A stretch of DNA of 64,000 bases, taken from assembly GCA_951406725.2 (NCBI GenBank), contig OX597835.1:37944001-38008000 (forward strand). Reading direction: 5' to 3'. The DNA is from Octopus vulgaris (Eukaryota). The notes beneath the pieces are model-generated. The model saw nothing but the letters and a program-made list of their open reading frames with translations, ran no database searches and was not told where the DNA came from. The position numbers and the translations under genes were made by a program. This document shows, piece by piece, positions 1 to 13,495 of this stretch (position 1 is its first letter; every line of letters starts with the position of its first letter).

Positions 1-29
1 ATAGAAAAAAAATGAGAGAAAATTATGTC

Positions 30-232
30 TGTGTGTGTGTGTGTGACTTCGTGTTTGTGTTTGTCCCCCACCAACACTTGACACCCGGTGTTGGTATGTT
101 TATGTCCTTACTTCCCTCTAAACAGTTTGACAAAAGAAACTGATAGAACAAGTACCAAGCTTTTAAAAAATTCAACTAAAATCAATGTAGTGCCCCAGTA
201 TGGCCACGGTCTAATGACTGGAACAAGTATAA
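30..232 (+). mobile_element. 3' half of SINE family A (tRNA-derived SINE with internal (GT)n)
   Basis: (GT)n followed by tttgtccccc...gatagaacaagtacc...gtgccccagtatggccacggtctaatgactg, matching the 3' half of full copies such as 10552-10995. Confidence 0.8.
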
Positions 233-511
233 AAATGATGACAGATAGTGACTGACCATTGGTCAGTGATGATTTAGGGTAACTTGGCTGCTGTTTCTTG
301 TAGGTTGAATGACCACATAGGAGGTTCTTTGTTTGCTCTAAAAGTGCAGTAAGTGCAATAGATTGCAGTAGGTGCAATAGGTGCAGAATGCTAATTAAAC
401 CTTACAGGAACAAATACTGAATGATTAATGCATCTTATCAGGATGTTATACCTGCAAATAGCTGCACGTTTCACAATTGCAGTAGTTTTGTCTGCATCAA
501 ACTGCATCTCT

Positions 512-2100
512 TGTGGTGGTGATGGTGGTGGTGGTAGTGGTCGTATAGTGGTGGTGGTGGTCGTCGTCGTAGTGATGGTGGTAGTAGTGAAGGTGGTAGT
601 GTTGGTGATGGTAGTTTTGAGGGATGCTTGTGGTGGTGGTAGTGATGGTGGTGGTGGTGGTAGTGATGGTGGTGGTGGTGGTGGTAGTGATGGTGGTGGC
701 GGTAGTGATGGTGGTGGTGGTAGTGATGGTGGTGGTGGTGGTGGTGGTAGTGGTGATGATTGTAATTTTGGAGATGTTTGTTGTAATGGTGGTGGTGGTG
801 ATGGTGGTAGTGGTGTTGATGGTAGTTTCGGAGATGCTTGCAGAAGTGGTGGTGGTGGTGGTGGTGGTGTTGATTGTAGTTTCAGAGATGCTTGCGGATG
901 TGGTGGTAGAGTGGTGGTTAGAATGGTACTAACAGTAGTAGTAGAAGCAGCAGCAGTAATAGTATCAGGGATAGTGAAAGTAGTTATAGTTGTTGTCATA
1001 GTAGTAGTAGCAGTTGTGGTAATAGTAGCAGTAGTAGTAGTGGTGGTGGTAATAGTAGTAGCAGTAGCAGCAGCACTAGTAGTAGTAGTGGTGTTAGTGG
1101 TGGTAATAGTAGCAGTAGTAGTATTGGTCGTGGTAATAGTAGCAGCAGCAGCAGTAGTAGTAGTACTAGTACTAGTATGTGTGGCCATGTCATTGTTGTA
1201 ACCATGGTGTTGGCGATAGTATGTCCGCATAATGATGACGACGATGATGATGATTATAATGATTATAATGATGATGATGATGATAATGATGATGATAATG
1301 CTGGTGATGGTGGTGGTTGTGTTGGTGATGCTAACGATGATAAAGAAATTATTAGACAGGTGGAAGGGGTGGGTGGGGAGGGCAGAGTTTGCTATTTTTG
1401 TTGAAATGTTATCAGTGTGATCGATCGCTTCAGCCCTACTGCATTTCCCAGAGCAGCAGTACAGCAGTACCGCTGCATTTAAAAAGAAAAAAAAACCCTC
1501 CAAAATGGCAGCGGTACTGAAAGACTGGCTTAACCTTGAGTAATTACATAATTCTCTTTTTATATAGAATTATGAAGTTTGTACTCGGTTTAGGATGGTG
1601 GTGTTTGTGGGGAGGTTGTGGTGGCGGTGGTTGTTATTGTGGTTGTGGTCGTGGCGGTAGTTGTGGTAGTGGTGTTGGTGATGGTGGTTGTAATGGTGGT
1701 GGAAGCAGAGGATGCGTGATGGTGGAAGAAACTATGGTGTTAGTGGCTGTGGTAGTGATGACAGCGGTGATGATAGTGATGGTCGTAAAGGTGGTGATGG
1801 TGGTGGTGTTGATAGTGGTGGTCATGGAGGTGGTCTTGTGGTTATGGAGGTTATAGAGTTAGTGGAAGCAGTGGTTGTGGTGATGGTGGTGGTGGTAGTG
1901 GTGGTCATGGAGGTGGTCTTCTGGTTATGGAGGTTATAGTGTTAGTGGAAGCAGTGGTTGTGGTGATGGTGGTGGTGGTGGTGGTGGTGGTGGTGGTGGT
2001 GGTGGTGTAGTGATGGAGGACATGGTGTTTGTGGGGATGATAGCGAAGTTAGTGGTGGTGATGGTGTTGATGGTGCAGGTGATGGTGGTAGTGGTTGTAG
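512..2100. repeat. Compound degenerate trinucleotide tracts (GGT/AGT/GAT/GCA) with an internal ~60-bp repeat unit
   Basis: Direct reading; tagtttcggagatgcttg-like units recur at about 612, 762, 822 and 877. Confidence 0.9.
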
Positions 2101-2109
2101 TAGATGAGG

Positions 2110-2914
2110 TTTAACAGATATATTTACCAAAATTACATAAAAATATCTTGAAATACAAAAGAGTAAATTTATTCAATAAAATCGCCATCGGCTTCAACCA
2201 TGGTCACAAACAACTTCAGAATCTCCGGCAATTCTTCTGGATGGTCTCCTTGTTTAAGTTGATGAATGCTGCCATAATCCTTGCTTTCGGTTTATGGTTT
2301 TACAAGGAATTTTGTTGGTCTCCTGCTCAACTGTGCCCCACGCATAATAACCAAGGGGGTTGCAGTCTGGGGAGTTAGGTGGCCAGATGTTAGGGGTGAT
2401 GTGGTCGCAGAAATTGTCTGACAGCCATGACTGGGTTCTCCTGCTTGTGTGGCATGGTGCAGAGTCCTGTTGCCAGACATAAGGTCTTCCAGCAGCCACC
2501 CTCTTGACTCAGGGCAGCACTACGTCCTCGAAGGCACTTGATGTATGCTTCCGTGTTGAGTCTGAGGTCGTGTGGGAAGATGAATGGAGGCATAACGTCA
2601 TGATCACTATTGGTCACTCCAAACACCGTGATGTTGATCAGATGTTTGATTTTTATCACTCATGGTACATGTCCTCAGATTCACACCCAAGCACTCTGAA
2701 ATGTTCTTATTAGAGCTTCTGGCACAAATGCAAAGCAGTACAGCATGCCGTTTCCAAATTTCTGGCAGAGTGAATTGCGCTGTGGTGCTGTTTTTCTCAC
2801 AGTCAGCCCCAACTGACCCTACCATACTGAGTAGTTGACAAAATCAAAAACAAGCAATGTGCATGCATGAAATAAAAAAAATTTAAATTGTGACAATTTA
2901 CACATCGCACCCTG
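2110..2914 (-). mobile_element. Decayed Tc1/mariner transposon, DD37D (maT)-type transposase pseudogene
   Basis: Frameshifted ORF pieces ITVFGVTNSDHDVMPPFIFPHDLRLNTEAYIKCL and YVWQQDSAPCHTS...WPPNSPDCNPLGYYAW; 37 residues separate the QQD aspartate from the third catalytic position (here G); CAGGGTG terminus at 2908-2914 on the minus strand. Confidence 0.85.
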
Positions 2915-2917
2915 AAT

Positions 2918-3046
2918 ATGTGTGTGTGTGTGTGTGTGTGAATGGTGAATAGTTGCATTATATAGTGAGTGTATATAGAGATGCATGTATCTTCATATAT
3001 CTACATGTATATATATGTTTGAGTACACACATACGCACACACATAC

Positions 3047-3108
<62 letters not shown>

Positions 3109-3168
3109 ACATATGTATACATATATATAGATGTATACATATATATATACACATATATATACATATAC

Positions 3169-3201
<33 letters not shown>

Positions 3202-3324
3202 CATATATACACACACATGCATATATATATAAATACATGTCATGATGTGTATGTGCTTGCATGTGTGTGTATTGATAAGTATATCTGCCTGCAGGTGTAT
3301 GTGCATGTTTGTGTTATATAGATA

Positions 3325-3370
<46 letters not shown>
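2918..3370. repeat. (TG)n, (TA)n, (TACA)n and (GA)n microsatellite cluster
   Basis: Direct reading. Confidence 0.95.
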
Positions 3371-3373
<3 letters not shown>

Positions 3374-3419
3374 TGACTTCAGGGTGAAAGCAAGTGCATC
3401 GTGCAAGAACAGATAAAAC

Positions 3420-3783
3420 CATGACAACAATGATGATGATGTTGATGGGAGGGTGATGATATTGACAACGGTGATGATGATGGGGCTGATGAGGGTAATG
3501 ATGATAACAAGGATGTTAATGATGGTGGTGGTGATGATGATGATGATGATGGTGATGACAATGTTGCTGGTGATGGTGATGATGATGATGTATTTATCAA
3601 GCATCTTGAGCTGTGCACTTTACTGACAGCACATACATCATCATCATCATCATCAATGCAACCACCACCACCAACATTGCCACCACCATTCGTCATTATC
3701 ATCGTCGTCATCATCATCATCATCATTACCATCACCATCATCACCATCAGTGACAACAGCAGCAATGATCGTTGTAATTATTG

Positions 3784-3831
<48 letters not shown>

Positions 3832-4344
3832 CCTTCCTCATCTGTGCTATTACATCATCTTCCCATCATCACCATAATCATCGTCATCACCTTTAACAAG
3901 AATGACAGAAAAGGAGGGAGGGAGGGTCGGTGGGGTTTGGGGGGTAGAGCTGAATCAATCAGAATAACTTGAAGAATCCCAAGAATGCTAAAAGAGTCTT
4001 GATGAAGTGAGATGGCAGAGGAGGTGAGGTGAGGTGGGGGCGGTGACATGTCGTGGTGCGGTGCAGTGCGTTGTGGTGGAGGTTATGATGCAATGTATTG
4101 GTTCTTTATAGTGCAGGTGGTAGCATAGTGCAAGCTGAAGTGGTGGTGGTGGTGGCGTTGAAAAATTGTGGTGGTGGTGGTGATGTTGTGATGTGGATGA
4201 TGTGGAATAGTTAGTTCAATGAGAATGAAAATAGATGGCAGTAATGAAGCAACAAAGAATACTACTACTACTACTGCTACTATTACTACCTCTGCTGCTG
4301 CTGCTGCTGCTACTACTATTACTAACAACAACAACAACAACAAC

Positions 4345-4409
<65 letters not shown>

Positions 4410-4430
4410 TAATAATAATAATAATAATCC
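3420..4430. repeat. (GAT)n, (CAT)n, (CTA/CTG)n, (CAA)n and (TAA)n tracts
   Basis: Direct reading. Confidence 0.9.
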
Positions 4431-4602
4431 TCTCTACTATAGGCACAAGGCCTGAAATTTGTGGGGGAAGGAACTAGTTGATTACATCAATCCCAGTGTA
4501 TCACTGGTACTTCTTTTACTGGTCCTGAAAAGATGAAAGGCAAAGTCAACCTTGGCAGCATTTGAACTCAGAATGCTAACGATTCTGCCAGTTTGCCGCC
4601 TT
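4430..4602 (-). mobile_element. SINE family B copy (tRNA head plus central gcctttcatcc...ggtcgataaa domain)
   Basis: Reverse complement of the family B consensus seen intact at 29287-29518. Confidence 0.8.
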
Positions 4603-4644
4603 AATAATAATAATGATGATGATGATAATGATGATGATAATTCT

Positions 4645-5264
4645 TGGTATGGAGTGGGAATTACAAAATGGCAAAAGAGAGAATTGATGAAAATAGACAC
4701 CAAGACCAGGAAAATGTTGACTGTTCATGGAGCCTTCTACCCTAAGAGTGACACCAATTGTCCAGAATAAAGGGTGGGAGAGGTTTGATCAGTTACCAGG
4801 ACTGTATCGGAGCAGAGGAAAACAAGTTAGGGTGGTATATAAAAAATGCCATGGAGCTATTTTTAAAACATATGAAGAAGGCAGGTGTCATCAAAACTGA
4901 AAATTGTGTAAGGAAAGAAATTTAAACAAGAAATGAACAAAAGAAGAAAAGGCATGGGATGAAAAATAATGTTCATTCAGTTTGCAAGAGATGTGAATGT
5001 GAAGACAGCTACAGAGGACCAGTGATGGCTATGGGTGGGGAGGAGTGACCTGAAGATAGAGACAGAAGTACTCATTTGCGCAGCTCAGGAACAAGCATTA
5101 AGGATCAATTATATGAAGTGCAGAATAGACAACACTACTGATATTGACAAATGTAGAATTTGTGGTGAGAGGGGTGAAGCAGCATGGCATATCATTAGCA
5201 AATGCCCAAAATTGGCACAACGCAAATATAAAAGACCCCATGACAATGTGGCAAGAATGATCCA
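4645..5264 (+). pseudogene. Non-LTR retrotransposon fragment, R4/Dong-like (RT thumb to CCHC zinc knuckle)
   Basis: KWQKRELMKIDTKTRKMLTVHGAFYPKSD, KGGRGLIS, ETEVLICAAQEQALRINY, KCRICGERGEAAWHIISKCPKLAQRKYKRPHDNVARMIH; stops and frameshifts present. Confidence 0.85.
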
Positions 5265-5265
5265 T

Positions 5266-5536
5266 TTTTCTACTATAGGTACAAGGCCTGAAATTTTGGG
5301 GAGGTGGATAGTCAATTACATCGACCCCAGTACTCAACTAGTACTTAATTTATCGACCCCGAAAGGATGAAAGGCAAAGTCAACCTTGCTGGAATTTAAA
5401 CTCAGAACATAATGGCAGAAGAAATACTGCTAAGTATTTCACCCGGCATGCTAACAGTTCTGCCAGCTTGCTGCCTTCTCCAGCTCACCACCTTAAGAAT
5501 AGTAGTAACGTCAACAACAACAACAACGACAACAAC

Positions 5537-5587
<51 letters not shown>

Positions 5588-6215
5588 TATCCTTTTTAAT
5601 GTAGGAACAAGGCCTGAAATTTGGGGGAGGTGAGGGTAGTGGATTTCATCGACCTTAACATGTGACAGGTACTTATTTTATCGAGCCTGAAAGGATAAAA
5701 TACAAGGTCGACCTCAGTGGAATTTGAACTAAGGATGTAAAGATGAACAAAATGCCACTAATTATTTTGCTTGGCATGCTACTGACTCTGCCAGCTTGCC
5801 ACAAGGCTGATAATTTCGAGGGTGGGGATTTAATGGATCATATCTGTCCTAGTACTTATTTTATCGATCCTGAAAGGATGAAAGGCAAAGTCGACTTTGG
5901 CAGAATTTGAACTCAGAAAGGCAGCGAGCTGGCAGAAATGTTAGCATGCTGGGCAAAATGCTTAGCAGTATTTCGTCTGCCTTTATGTTGTGAGTTCAAG
6001 TTCTGATGAGGTTGCATTTGCTTTTCATCCTTTCAGGGTCGATAAATTAAGTACCAGTTGCAGACTGGGGTCGATCTAATTGACTAGCCCTCTCCCCCAA
6101 AATTTCGGGCTTTGTGCCTAGGGTAGAAAAGAATTTGAACTCAGAGCGTCTTTAAGATGGATGAAATGCTGTTAAGCATTTTGCTGATGTGCTGAGGATT
6201 CTGCCAGGTTGCTGT
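5266..6215. mobile_element. Cluster of about five SINE family B copies or fragments (minus: 5266-5495, 5590-5805, 5805-5915, 6133-6215; plus: 5918-6132)
   Basis: Repeated gaaaggatgaaaggcaaagtc(g/a)ac...tttgaactcag motif and its reverse complement; B-box-like gagttcaa. Confidence 0.8.
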
Positions 6216-6219
6216 TTCG

Positions 6220-6230
6220 CATAATAATAA

Positions 6231-6294
<64 letters not shown>

Positions 6295-6457
6295 CAATAG
6301 TAATAGAAGTTAGAATAGTCATAATAACAGCAACAATGATAGTAATACATAATAATATTAATAATATTTGGTATATATTATTGATATAATATTTGTGACA
6401 ACATGAGAGTGTTATATAATAACAATGATAATGACAGTTTTCTTTTGTGATGAAAGG

Positions 6458-6537
<80 letters not shown>

Positions 6538-6646
6538 TGTGAAATAACTTCTGCAATAATCGTCTTTATAATCATAATAATTATGATGATTATAAGGAAC
6601 GACAGCAAAATTATCATTGATAACAACATTAACAGCAATGATGAAG

Positions 6647-6704
<58 letters not shown>

Positions 6705-6850
6705 CGATAATAATAGTAATAATGATAACAGCGATCATCAACATCAGTATTATTCTTATTATCATCAATTCTTCTTCTTCTTCTATATTTTATTTTTATT
6801 TGTTTATTATTATCGCAATGATTATTATTAATATCATTATTTATAGATAA
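6220..6850. repeat. (TAA)n/(TAT)n microsatellite arrays
   Basis: Direct reading. Confidence 0.95.
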
Positions 6851-7245
6851 AGTAATCAGTCAATCGATAAAAAAAATAATTAAAAAAATAAATGAATGAC
6901 CCAAAAATGCCTTGAATGTAAGGAAAAGGTCTCGATGTTCTTGAAACAGGTTGGGGATTTTTTGGGGGTTTTTTTGCCTGTTTTCGATATTTTTGGAAGT
7001 GGGTGTAGTGTGGTGGGGGTGTATTTTGAGGAGGAAATAGAGAGAATAATGTAAAAATTGTATGAAAGGGTGGATGGTGCGGGTGTGGGGTGAGGGTGTG
7101 GATAGGGTGTGAATACCAGATGTCAGCAAGTGAGGTGGATATATAATTATCACATAAACACATAGATATATATGCATGCATACATCCACACACATATACA
7201 TGTATACAGATTTATATATCTATACATACATACATATACACATAC

Positions 7246-7278
<33 letters not shown>

Positions 7279-7294
7279 AAGAGATATAGATATA

Positions 7295-7707
7295 CGGCAG
7301 TGTGGTAAGTAGCTTGCTTACCAACCACATGGTTCCAGGTTCAGTCCCACTGCGTGGCACATTGGGCAAGTGTCTTCTACTATAGCCTCGGGCCGACCAA
7401 AGCCTTGTGAGTGGATTCGGTAGACGGAAACTGAAAGAAGCCTGTCGTATATATGTATATGTATGTATATATGTATGTGTGTGTGTGCATGCGTGTTTGT
7501 GTGTCTGTGTTTGTCCCCCCAACATCGCTTGACAACCGATGCTGGTGTGTTTACATCTCCATAACTTAGCGGTTCAGCAAAAGAGACCGATAGAATAAGT
7601 ACTAGGCTTACAAAGAATAAGTCCTGTGGTCGATTTGCCCGACTAAAGACGGTTCTCCAGCATGGTTGCAGTCAAATGACTGAAACAAGTAAAAGAGTAA
7701 AAGAGTA
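7295..7707 (+). mobile_element. SINE family A, near full length
   Basis: tRNA-like head (tgtggtaag...ggttcagtccc), CORE-like ttgggcaagtgtctt, internal (TA)/(TG) microsatellite, (aaaagagt)n tail. Confidence 0.9.
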
Positions 7708-7846
7708 TATATATATATATACATATATACATTATATATAGACAGATAATATATATACATACATTATATATAGACAGATAATATATATATACATATACGA
7801 ATGCTTTTGTTATACGGTGCCAAGTTTTACAACCCTGTAAATAATA

Positions 7847-8084
7847 ATAATGGTATATACATATGTCTATTGCTTATAGCGATCCCTGTGCAACGACTAA
7901 GGAAAAATAGTCTAATAATGGGGCATATAAGCCCTCGACAGAAAAAAGTAGGCTTTCCCTATCACATGGATAGGAAAGCCTACTTTTTTTCTGTCGAGGG
8001 CTTATATGCCCCATTATTAGACTATTTTCCTTAGTCATTGCACAGTAATCGCTATAAGCAATAGGCATATGTATATACCATTAT
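7847..8084. mobile_element. Fold-back palindromic element, ~115-bp arms, 5-nt spacer
   Basis: The two arms are near-perfect reverse complements, centred on cctatc-acatg-gatagg. Confidence 0.85.
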
Positions 8085-8095
8085 ATACATATATA

Positions 8096-8136
<41 letters not shown>

Positions 8137-8340
8137 TTATGCATATATACAATATATACACATATTAGCGATTTTGACGTCTATATCTAGCATACTGGCT
8201 GTCCACTTTTAGTGGTTAATCCTCTGAATTTTGTATGCAAAAAATTTGTAATCTTCGGATTTTTTGAAATATGCTAGGCCAATGGTTTTAAGTGATTAAT
8301 ATCAATTTCTACCCTTATTAAATTTCAAATATATATATAT

Positions 8341-8515
8341 ATCATCGTCGTCGTTTAACGTCCGTTCTCCATGCTAGCATGGGTTGGACGGTTCGACCGG
8401 GGTTCTGGGAAGCCAGAAGGCTGCACCAGGCTCCAGTCTAATCTGGCAATGTTTCTACAGCTGGATGCCCTTCCTAACGCCAATATATATAAGTACAAAT
8501 ATATATACATGCATA

Positions 8516-8552
<37 letters not shown>

Positions 8553-8920
8553 TACAAATATATATACATGCATAATGTATATATATATATATAAGTATAC
8601 ACACACCTATTCATCATGCTCGAGTGAGGTCATTGCCAGTGCCGCTGGACTGGCTCCTGTGCAGGTGGCATGTCAAAAATACCATTTGAGCGTGGCTGTT
8701 GCCAGTACCGCCTGACTGGCCATCATGCCAGTGGCACATATAATGCACCCACTAAATTCTCGGAGTGGTTGGCATTAGGAAGGGCATTCAGCTGTAGAAA
8801 CTCTGCCAGGTCAAGACTGGAGCGTGGTGCAGCCATCTGGCTCGCCAGTCCTCAGTCAAATCGTCCAACCCATGCTAGCATGGAAAGAGGACGTTAAACA
8901 ATGATGATGATGATGATGAT
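8341..8920. mobile_element. Two RTE-LINE 3' tail fragments (8341-8483 minus, 8615-8920 plus) with (ATG)n tails
   Basis: ggcattaggaagggcat...ccatgctagcatggaa...gacgttaaac(gat)n, matching the 3' UTR attached to an RTE ORF end at 21930-22770. Confidence 0.8.
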
Positions 8921-9562
8921 ATATATATATATATAAGAATAGAAAGAAAATGTAGAATGTATATGCATACACAGAATAATTAATATATTTATTATAATAG
9001 GCAACTCATGTTGCCTATGCATGTTTTGGTTTGTTACTTAAATCCGTATTTATGCAATAAAGTTGCAATTAAATACACACACACACACACATGCATATAA
9101 ATTTATACACACACACGCACACATATATGCATAAGTATTACCATTTTGTTTGATAACTAATAAAGAATTAGGCACCTTCTTTATCTCTCTCATGTCCGGC
9201 TGTACACTCAGTATATGTATACATTTTCTATCGGTTGTTTTTTCATATATATATATATATATGTGCATTTGTGTGTGTATATATATAATATATTCATGTA
9301 TGTATATATATGTATGCATATGAATACATGAGTATGTGTTTGCGTGTGTTTGTGCATGTTTTCTTTTTCCGACAAAGAAAGACAACTCATTGCTAGAATT
9401 TTGGTAACAGAACTGGTGAAGAGTTCAATTCTGATCTTCAGAACAGAAAAGTTCTTGCATATCTTTCATAGTTCTCCTTTCCAGATTGCAATGATAGTCT
9501 GTCTGTTTTACTAGGTCACATCCTTTTTCCTGAAAATCCCATCTTTCATTAACAGAACAAAA

Positions 9563-9628
<66 letters not shown>

Positions 9629-9889
9629 GTATTGTAGTTCCATCCATCCAGTTTCTCTGGTCACCGTTTCTGGGAAGTTTATGGGAGTAGGGTTCTTAGG
9701 CATTCAGTCCATAGGGTCTTACCAGAAGCAAAGGTCACTATACAATGATTTCAAACATGACCAACTGAGACAAGGGACTATGGATATTATCCGACAATCA
9801 TGATCTTGGTTACCCCTTAAGTCTCTGGCTTGTTGGTTTGGCTTTTTAAGATTTGCCTTGTAATTCTTTTCTGCTATATTTTAATTGTA

Positions 9890-9923
<34 letters not shown>

Positions 9924-10172
9924 ACATGCCAGCATGAAAAATGGATGTTAAAACTGATGATGATGATGTTGATAATATATATATATGTATGTATGTATAT
10001 ATGTATGTTTGGATTGCTCAATTAAATGGAGTCGCATGAAACGGGCGTACTGCATTACCTCTGGATATCTTTGTTGCTTATTTTGATTATAATCACCTTA
10101 TTTTAAATTGTATGGATAATACCATACTAAATTCTGGTGCCTTTAACTTAAGTACCATATTCATCTGAATCT

Positions 10173-10246
<74 letters not shown>

Positions 10247-10551
10247 GTAAATATATATATGCATGTATGTATGTATGTATGTATGCATATATGTGTATGT
10301 ATATATATACACACACCACACACACACATTTATATATATTTATTGTTGACAGTGATTTCAATGCTAAGCAATTGTTGGACGGCAATGCACTGAAGTCCAA
10401 TGATGGCTTTGCTGGGCAACACAGTGTAGACAGTGTCATTAATATTCTTGTCTAAGAATAATAAAAATTTGTACTCTACAAAAGTACAGAGTAACACAAA
10501 TGGCTTTTTATGATATCTGAACATAAAAACAATTAACAAACACACACACAC

Positions 10552-10750
10552 ATAGGCACAGATGTGGCTGTGTGGTAAGTTGCTTGCTTACCAACCCCAT
10601 GGTTCCGGGTTCAGTCCCACTGCGTGGCACATTGGGCAAGTGTCTTCTACTATAGCCTCGGGCCGACCAAAGCCTTGTGAGTGGATTTGGTAGACGGAAA
10701 CTGAAATAAGCCTGCCGTATATATATGTGTGTGTATGTGTGTGCATGTGT

Positions 10751-10789
<39 letters not shown>

Positions 10790-11398
10790 TATGTTTGTGT
10801 GTCTGTGTTTGTCCCCCCAACATCGCTTGACAACCGATGCTGGTCTGTTTACATCCCCGTCACTTAGCAGTTCGGCAAGAGAGGCCGATAGAATAAGTAC
10901 TAGGCTTACAAAGAATAAGTCCTGGGGCCAATTTGCTCAACTAAAGGCAGTGCTCCAGTATGGCCTCAGTCAAATGACTGAAACAAATAAAAGACAGGAG
11001 TGGCTGTGTGGTAAGTAGCTTGTTTACCAACCACATGGTTCCGGGTTCAGCCCCACTGCGTGGCACCTTGGGCAAGTGTCTTCTACTTTAGCCTCGGGCC
11101 AACCAAACCTTGTGAGTGGATTTGGTAGACGGAAACTGAAAGAAGCCTGTCGTATATATGTATATATATGTCTGTGTTCATGTATGTTTGTGTGTCTGTG
11201 TTTGTCCTCCTAACATTGCTTGACAACCGATGCTGGTGTGTTGACATCCCTGTCACTTAGTGGTTCGGCAAGAGAGACTGATAGAATAAAGTACTAGGCT
11301 TACAAAGAATAAGTCCTGGGGCCGATTTGCTCGACTAAAGGTGGTGCTCCAGCATGGCCACAGTCGAATGACTGAAACAAACAAAAGAATAAAAGAAT
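10552..11398 (+). mobile_element. Head-to-tail tandem dimer of SINE family A (10552-10995, 10996-11398)
   Basis: The second head caggagtggctgtgtggtaag starts directly after the first tail. Confidence 0.9.
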
Positions 11399-11894
11399 AA
11401 TAATACTTACACACAATAGCCTTCCCCAGTTTCCATCTATGAGATTACATAAGATTATTCTGTTCAGGGTCATAACAGAACAAAAGAAAATACTTGCCTA
11501 AGGAGCCACACCGTAGTATGAAACCGCAACAAAAATCTCAGACCATGCAGTGACATAGCAAACTTCGTAACCATGTACGCATAGCATGCTTGCACTCAGT
11601 AGAAATTTTTATGGGAATTCTTTCCCTCCGATACTGTGTATCTTGAAATATGTACATATATTCAATAATAAAACAGTTCGCTGTATTTATCCTCGAGCTG
11701 TCTGCTTGACAGGTGATGTTGTATATTGTTTTAGCAACAATATCAGGCGATATCGGAAAGTAATGGTACGGTAATGACATGTTTGGCCAGCTGTTGAACA
11801 CATGCGTGAATGTCTTTCCGCAGGAATATGACATAATCGACATTTACATTTCACATGTTGTAGTCTTAAGGATGGGCGTCACTATTGCTTTTGT

Positions 11895-11975
11895 TCGTAC
11901 ATACAAATATACAAATATATATATGTGTGTGTATATATATATATATATACATTTGTATATTTGTATATATATATG

Positions 11976-12031
<56 letters not shown>

Positions 12032-12049
12032 AATATATATGCATGCATG

Positions 12050-12083
<34 letters not shown>

Positions 12084-12615
12084 AATATATATGCATGCAT
12101 GTATATATATATATATATATAAATGTATATATATATATTTATAGACATATATACATGCATACATATATCATATATATATATATATATATATCTGTTTGCA
12201 TGAATAATGTATGTGTGTGTGTGTATATATGTGTTATATACTTTTGTATATATATACGCATATGTACATATATACTTATGTTTACATTTATACATATATA
12301 TACATACACACACATATATATACATATATACATATGTATACATACACATATATATACATATGTATACATATACATATATACATATGTATGCATACACATA
12401 TATATACATATGTATACATATACATATATACATATGTATGCATATATACATACATATATTTGTTATATAGTCCTATACACATGCATATACATGTGTGTAT
12501 GTGTGCATATGTATATGTATACATGAACACACACATACACACACGTGCATTCACACATGCACACACATGCATCTACAGTGCATACTGCTACACACTTATG
12601 CACACACACACATGA
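11895..12615. repeat. Degenerate (TA)n/(TACA)n/(CA)n field
   Basis: Direct reading. Confidence 0.9.
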
Positions 12616-12959
12616 CCTCATTCGCAACCACACATAAACAATAGAATTGAAAACAAACACTTCAGGTGAGCATTCTACATTCTACCTGCACGTATGTTAG
12701 AGAACTCACATATGTAATTCAATGATTTAAAAAACATTAACAGGGTTATTTTTTTGCAGTTTAAAGACAAGAAAAACAACCCTTTTCTATATATTAAAAT
12801 CTGAAAATGGCAACCATGGATCATAATTTCAAGAATATCAATTCTGAGGTTGTATCAAATGGCTCATTTTGTAGTTTATGTTCCATAAAAAATAACTTAT
12901 TTACCTAAGTTTTAACATCATCTCCTTCGAAATAGTCACCTTGTAAGGTAATTCACTAG

Positions 12960-13230
12960 CCCCAGTGTTCCTGCTGGTGGCATGTGTAAAAGATTCGAGC
13001 GAGGTCGTTGCTAGTACCGCCTGACTGGCCCCATGCCAGTGGAATGTAAAAGCACCCACTACACTCTCGGAGTGGTTGGCATTAGGAAGGGCATCCAGCT
13101 GTAGAAACTCTGCCAGATCAAGATTGGAGCCTGGTGCAGCCATCTGGTTCGCCAGCGCTCTGTCATTTGTCCAACCCATGCTAGCATGGAAAGCGGATGT
13201 TAAATGAGGATGATGATGATGATGATGATG
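12960..13230 (+). mobile_element. RTE-LINE 3' tail fragment
   Basis: Same 3' UTR motifs as 21930-22770, ending in (GAT)n. Confidence 0.8.
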
Positions 13231-13269
13231 AATTAAGGATGTGTATTTTCTCCCCAAGATCCCAAGTTC

Positions 13270-13495
13270 AGCGACACTTTGCTCCAGTTATTCCAATAAT
13301 AATGATAATAGGTATGAAGCTGAAATTGTATCTTGGGTACTGGATTTGCAAACCCTTTAACAATGGTCTACATAAATCCTCTTTCTTTTGCATTTTCTAA
13401 CCATATTGGTGTCCAGGAGGCAGCTGATATCCATAACAGAACATATCTTTTCCCTTTGGTGCCACACAACACTATCTGGCTGATTGTATTTTAAC
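13270..13495 (-). pseudogene. Highly decayed restriction-like endonuclease domain of an R4/Dong-type LINE
   Basis: Manual minus-strand translation gives QPDSVVWHQREKICSVMDISCLLDTN...LQIQYPRYNFSFIPIIIIIGITG, similar to RPDIIL...LIDMTVPIDIN...IPVVIGALG at 25716-26150. Confidence 0.55.

Noticed and set aside
391-1503. 370-aa Pro/Thr-rich ORF resembling a formin FH1 region or mucin
   Set aside because: Built from ACC/ACT/ATC trinucleotide repeats that lack stops in this frame, includes an implausible poly-Ile run, and has no recognisable domain
10345-10455. DSDFNAK peptide, possible APE endonuclease motif or small exon
   Set aside because: Too short, with no supporting neighbouring motifs
11540-11880. 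Unique-looking sequence with acceptor-like sites (ttgacag, ttccgcag)
   Set aside because: No convincing open exon with a matching donor or recognisable protein
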